Position numbers and translations under genes: made by a program. The notes under the pieces are model-generated. The model ran no database searches. It was not told the DNA's origin and saw nothing but the letters and a program-made list of their open reading frames with translations. A DNA stretch of 64,000 bases. Origin: an uncultured delta proteobacterium (GTDB lineage: Bacteria > Desulfobacterota > Binatia > DP-6). The stretch's first letter is position 1. The number at the start of each line of letters is the position of its first letter. Shown piece by piece: positions 62,767 through 64,000 of this stretch. Location of the stretch: positions 1,408,001-1,472,000 of the forward strand of contig CAWFFN010000005.1 of NCBI GenBank assembly GCA_963815115.1. The letters are read 5' to 3'.

Positions 62767-63943
62767 GCAGCCGGCGCCTCCGGCGCCGATGGGTCCGCGG
62801 CCTCCACGGCGCAGAGCCGCTCGAGGTGCGCGCCGAGTGCCTCCACGCGGGTCTCCCAGGTCTCGCTCGCCATGGCCCTGCTCCGACGGCTGCGCGCCTC
62901 CGGGCCGCCGTCCCGCAGCGCCGCCTCCACGGCGACGACCAGTTCATCCACGCCGCGAACGATCCGGCAGGAGACGTCGATCGCGGCCACCTCGGGTAGT
63001 GCGGTCGCCACGACCGGGAGGCCCGCGCTCAGGTACTCGCGGAGCTTCACGGGATCGATGTGGCGCGTGTACTCGCCGACGACGAACGGACCAGGCCGAC
63101 CGCACACCCCTTCAGCACCTCCGGAAGACGGGCGTAGGGGAGGCGGCCGAGCAAGTGAACGTTGGGCGTGCCGCGAGCGCGCCCAGGTCGGCGAGCACGG
63201 GGCCCGCCAACACGAGACTCCAGTCGGGCCGGCGATCACCAGCTCCGCGAGCAGTTCGGTGTCGATCCGCCAGTCGAGCAGGCCGACGACCGCGAGCACC
63301 GGCCGAGGCAGGCACGCCACCTCGGCTGCGACCGGGAGATCCGGGTCGAGTGCGCGCGCGAAGTGCGCGTGGTCCACCCCGTGGGGGGCATGGTGAGTGT
63401 GTCGATTCCGTTGCCGCTTCTCCGCCACGAGCGACTGCGAGGTCGCGAACACGACGTCGGCCGCCTGGCAGAGACGCGCCTCGGCCGCGGCCACGCCGCG
63501 CCGTCGTAGTCGGCGAGTGCGCCCAGTCGTCGACGCAGTAGTACACGAGCGGCCGGCCGCCGAGGGCGCGGGCGTGATCGCCGGCGGTGGGTAGGAAGGT
63601 CCACACCTGGAAGCGCTCCATCCCGAGCCGCCGGCATAGTCGCCCGACGGCCACCGGAGCACCCACCGGTTCACCGTCGCGGCCCACCGCGAGTGTGGCA
63701 ACGGCAGCACGAGCGGGCTCGCCACCCACAGATCGGCCTCCACCCGGCGCGCGCCGAGCCGCCGCGCGAGTCGGCGCGCCATGCGGCGCAGATCGCGGCC
63801 GCTGCCCAGGCGCGGCACGCGCATGGCCAGGGACTCCAGCCACAGCACGCGATTGCACTGGGCAAGCAGCCGCATGAGGTGTATGTTGCTGGTCGGATCG
63901 CGTCCCAGTCCTTCGCGAAGCAGACAATGTTCTCTCCGCTCAC
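62763..63943 (-). CDS. GT4-like glycosyltransferase, multiply frameshifted
   Basis: NIVCFAKDW, YYCVDDW, PHGVD..HF, DPVKLREYL.AGLPVV. Confidence 0.8.
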
Positions 63944-64000
63944 GCGGCCGGCGCCTGCGGCGCCGTAGTCCGTCGGAAGTCGGCCGCTCACGCGGCCTCC

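Overview
Very GC-rich bacterial DNA. The secreted Cys-rich proteins and gene content resemble Candidatus Binatia or related delta-type lineages (inference). Scattered single-base frameshifts look like long-read errors. Layout: (1) 1-8.8 kb, two large secreted Cys-repeat proteins. (2) 5.1-22 kb, an accessory mosaic with truncated genes, an IS91/ISCR-type HUH transposase with two facing oriIS-like ends, a terminase-like remnant, a C-type-lectin/DGR-target-like remnant, a nucleotidyltransferase pair and a persulfide-handling cluster. It ends at a tmRNA 3'-end copy (att-like scar, ~21.97 kb). (3) 22-30 kb, acyl-CoA dehydrogenase, a YVTN lipoprotein and a DUF3999/DUF2339-like pair. (4) 29.8-37 kb, a divergent cbb3-type (C-family) heme-copper oxidase operon behind a sigma54-type promoter. 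(5) 37-47 kb, secreted proteins including a PHM/DBH-like copper monooxygenase and two proteins with similar basic helical C-tails. (6) 47-51 kb, a HisKA_2 kinase and a sigma54 activator. (7) 51-64 kb, an exopolysaccharide locus flanked by an apparently circularly permuted PIG-L/LmbE deacetylase lipoprotein. No rRNA, full tRNA or CRISPR array seen. Family assignments come from motif recognition, not database searches.
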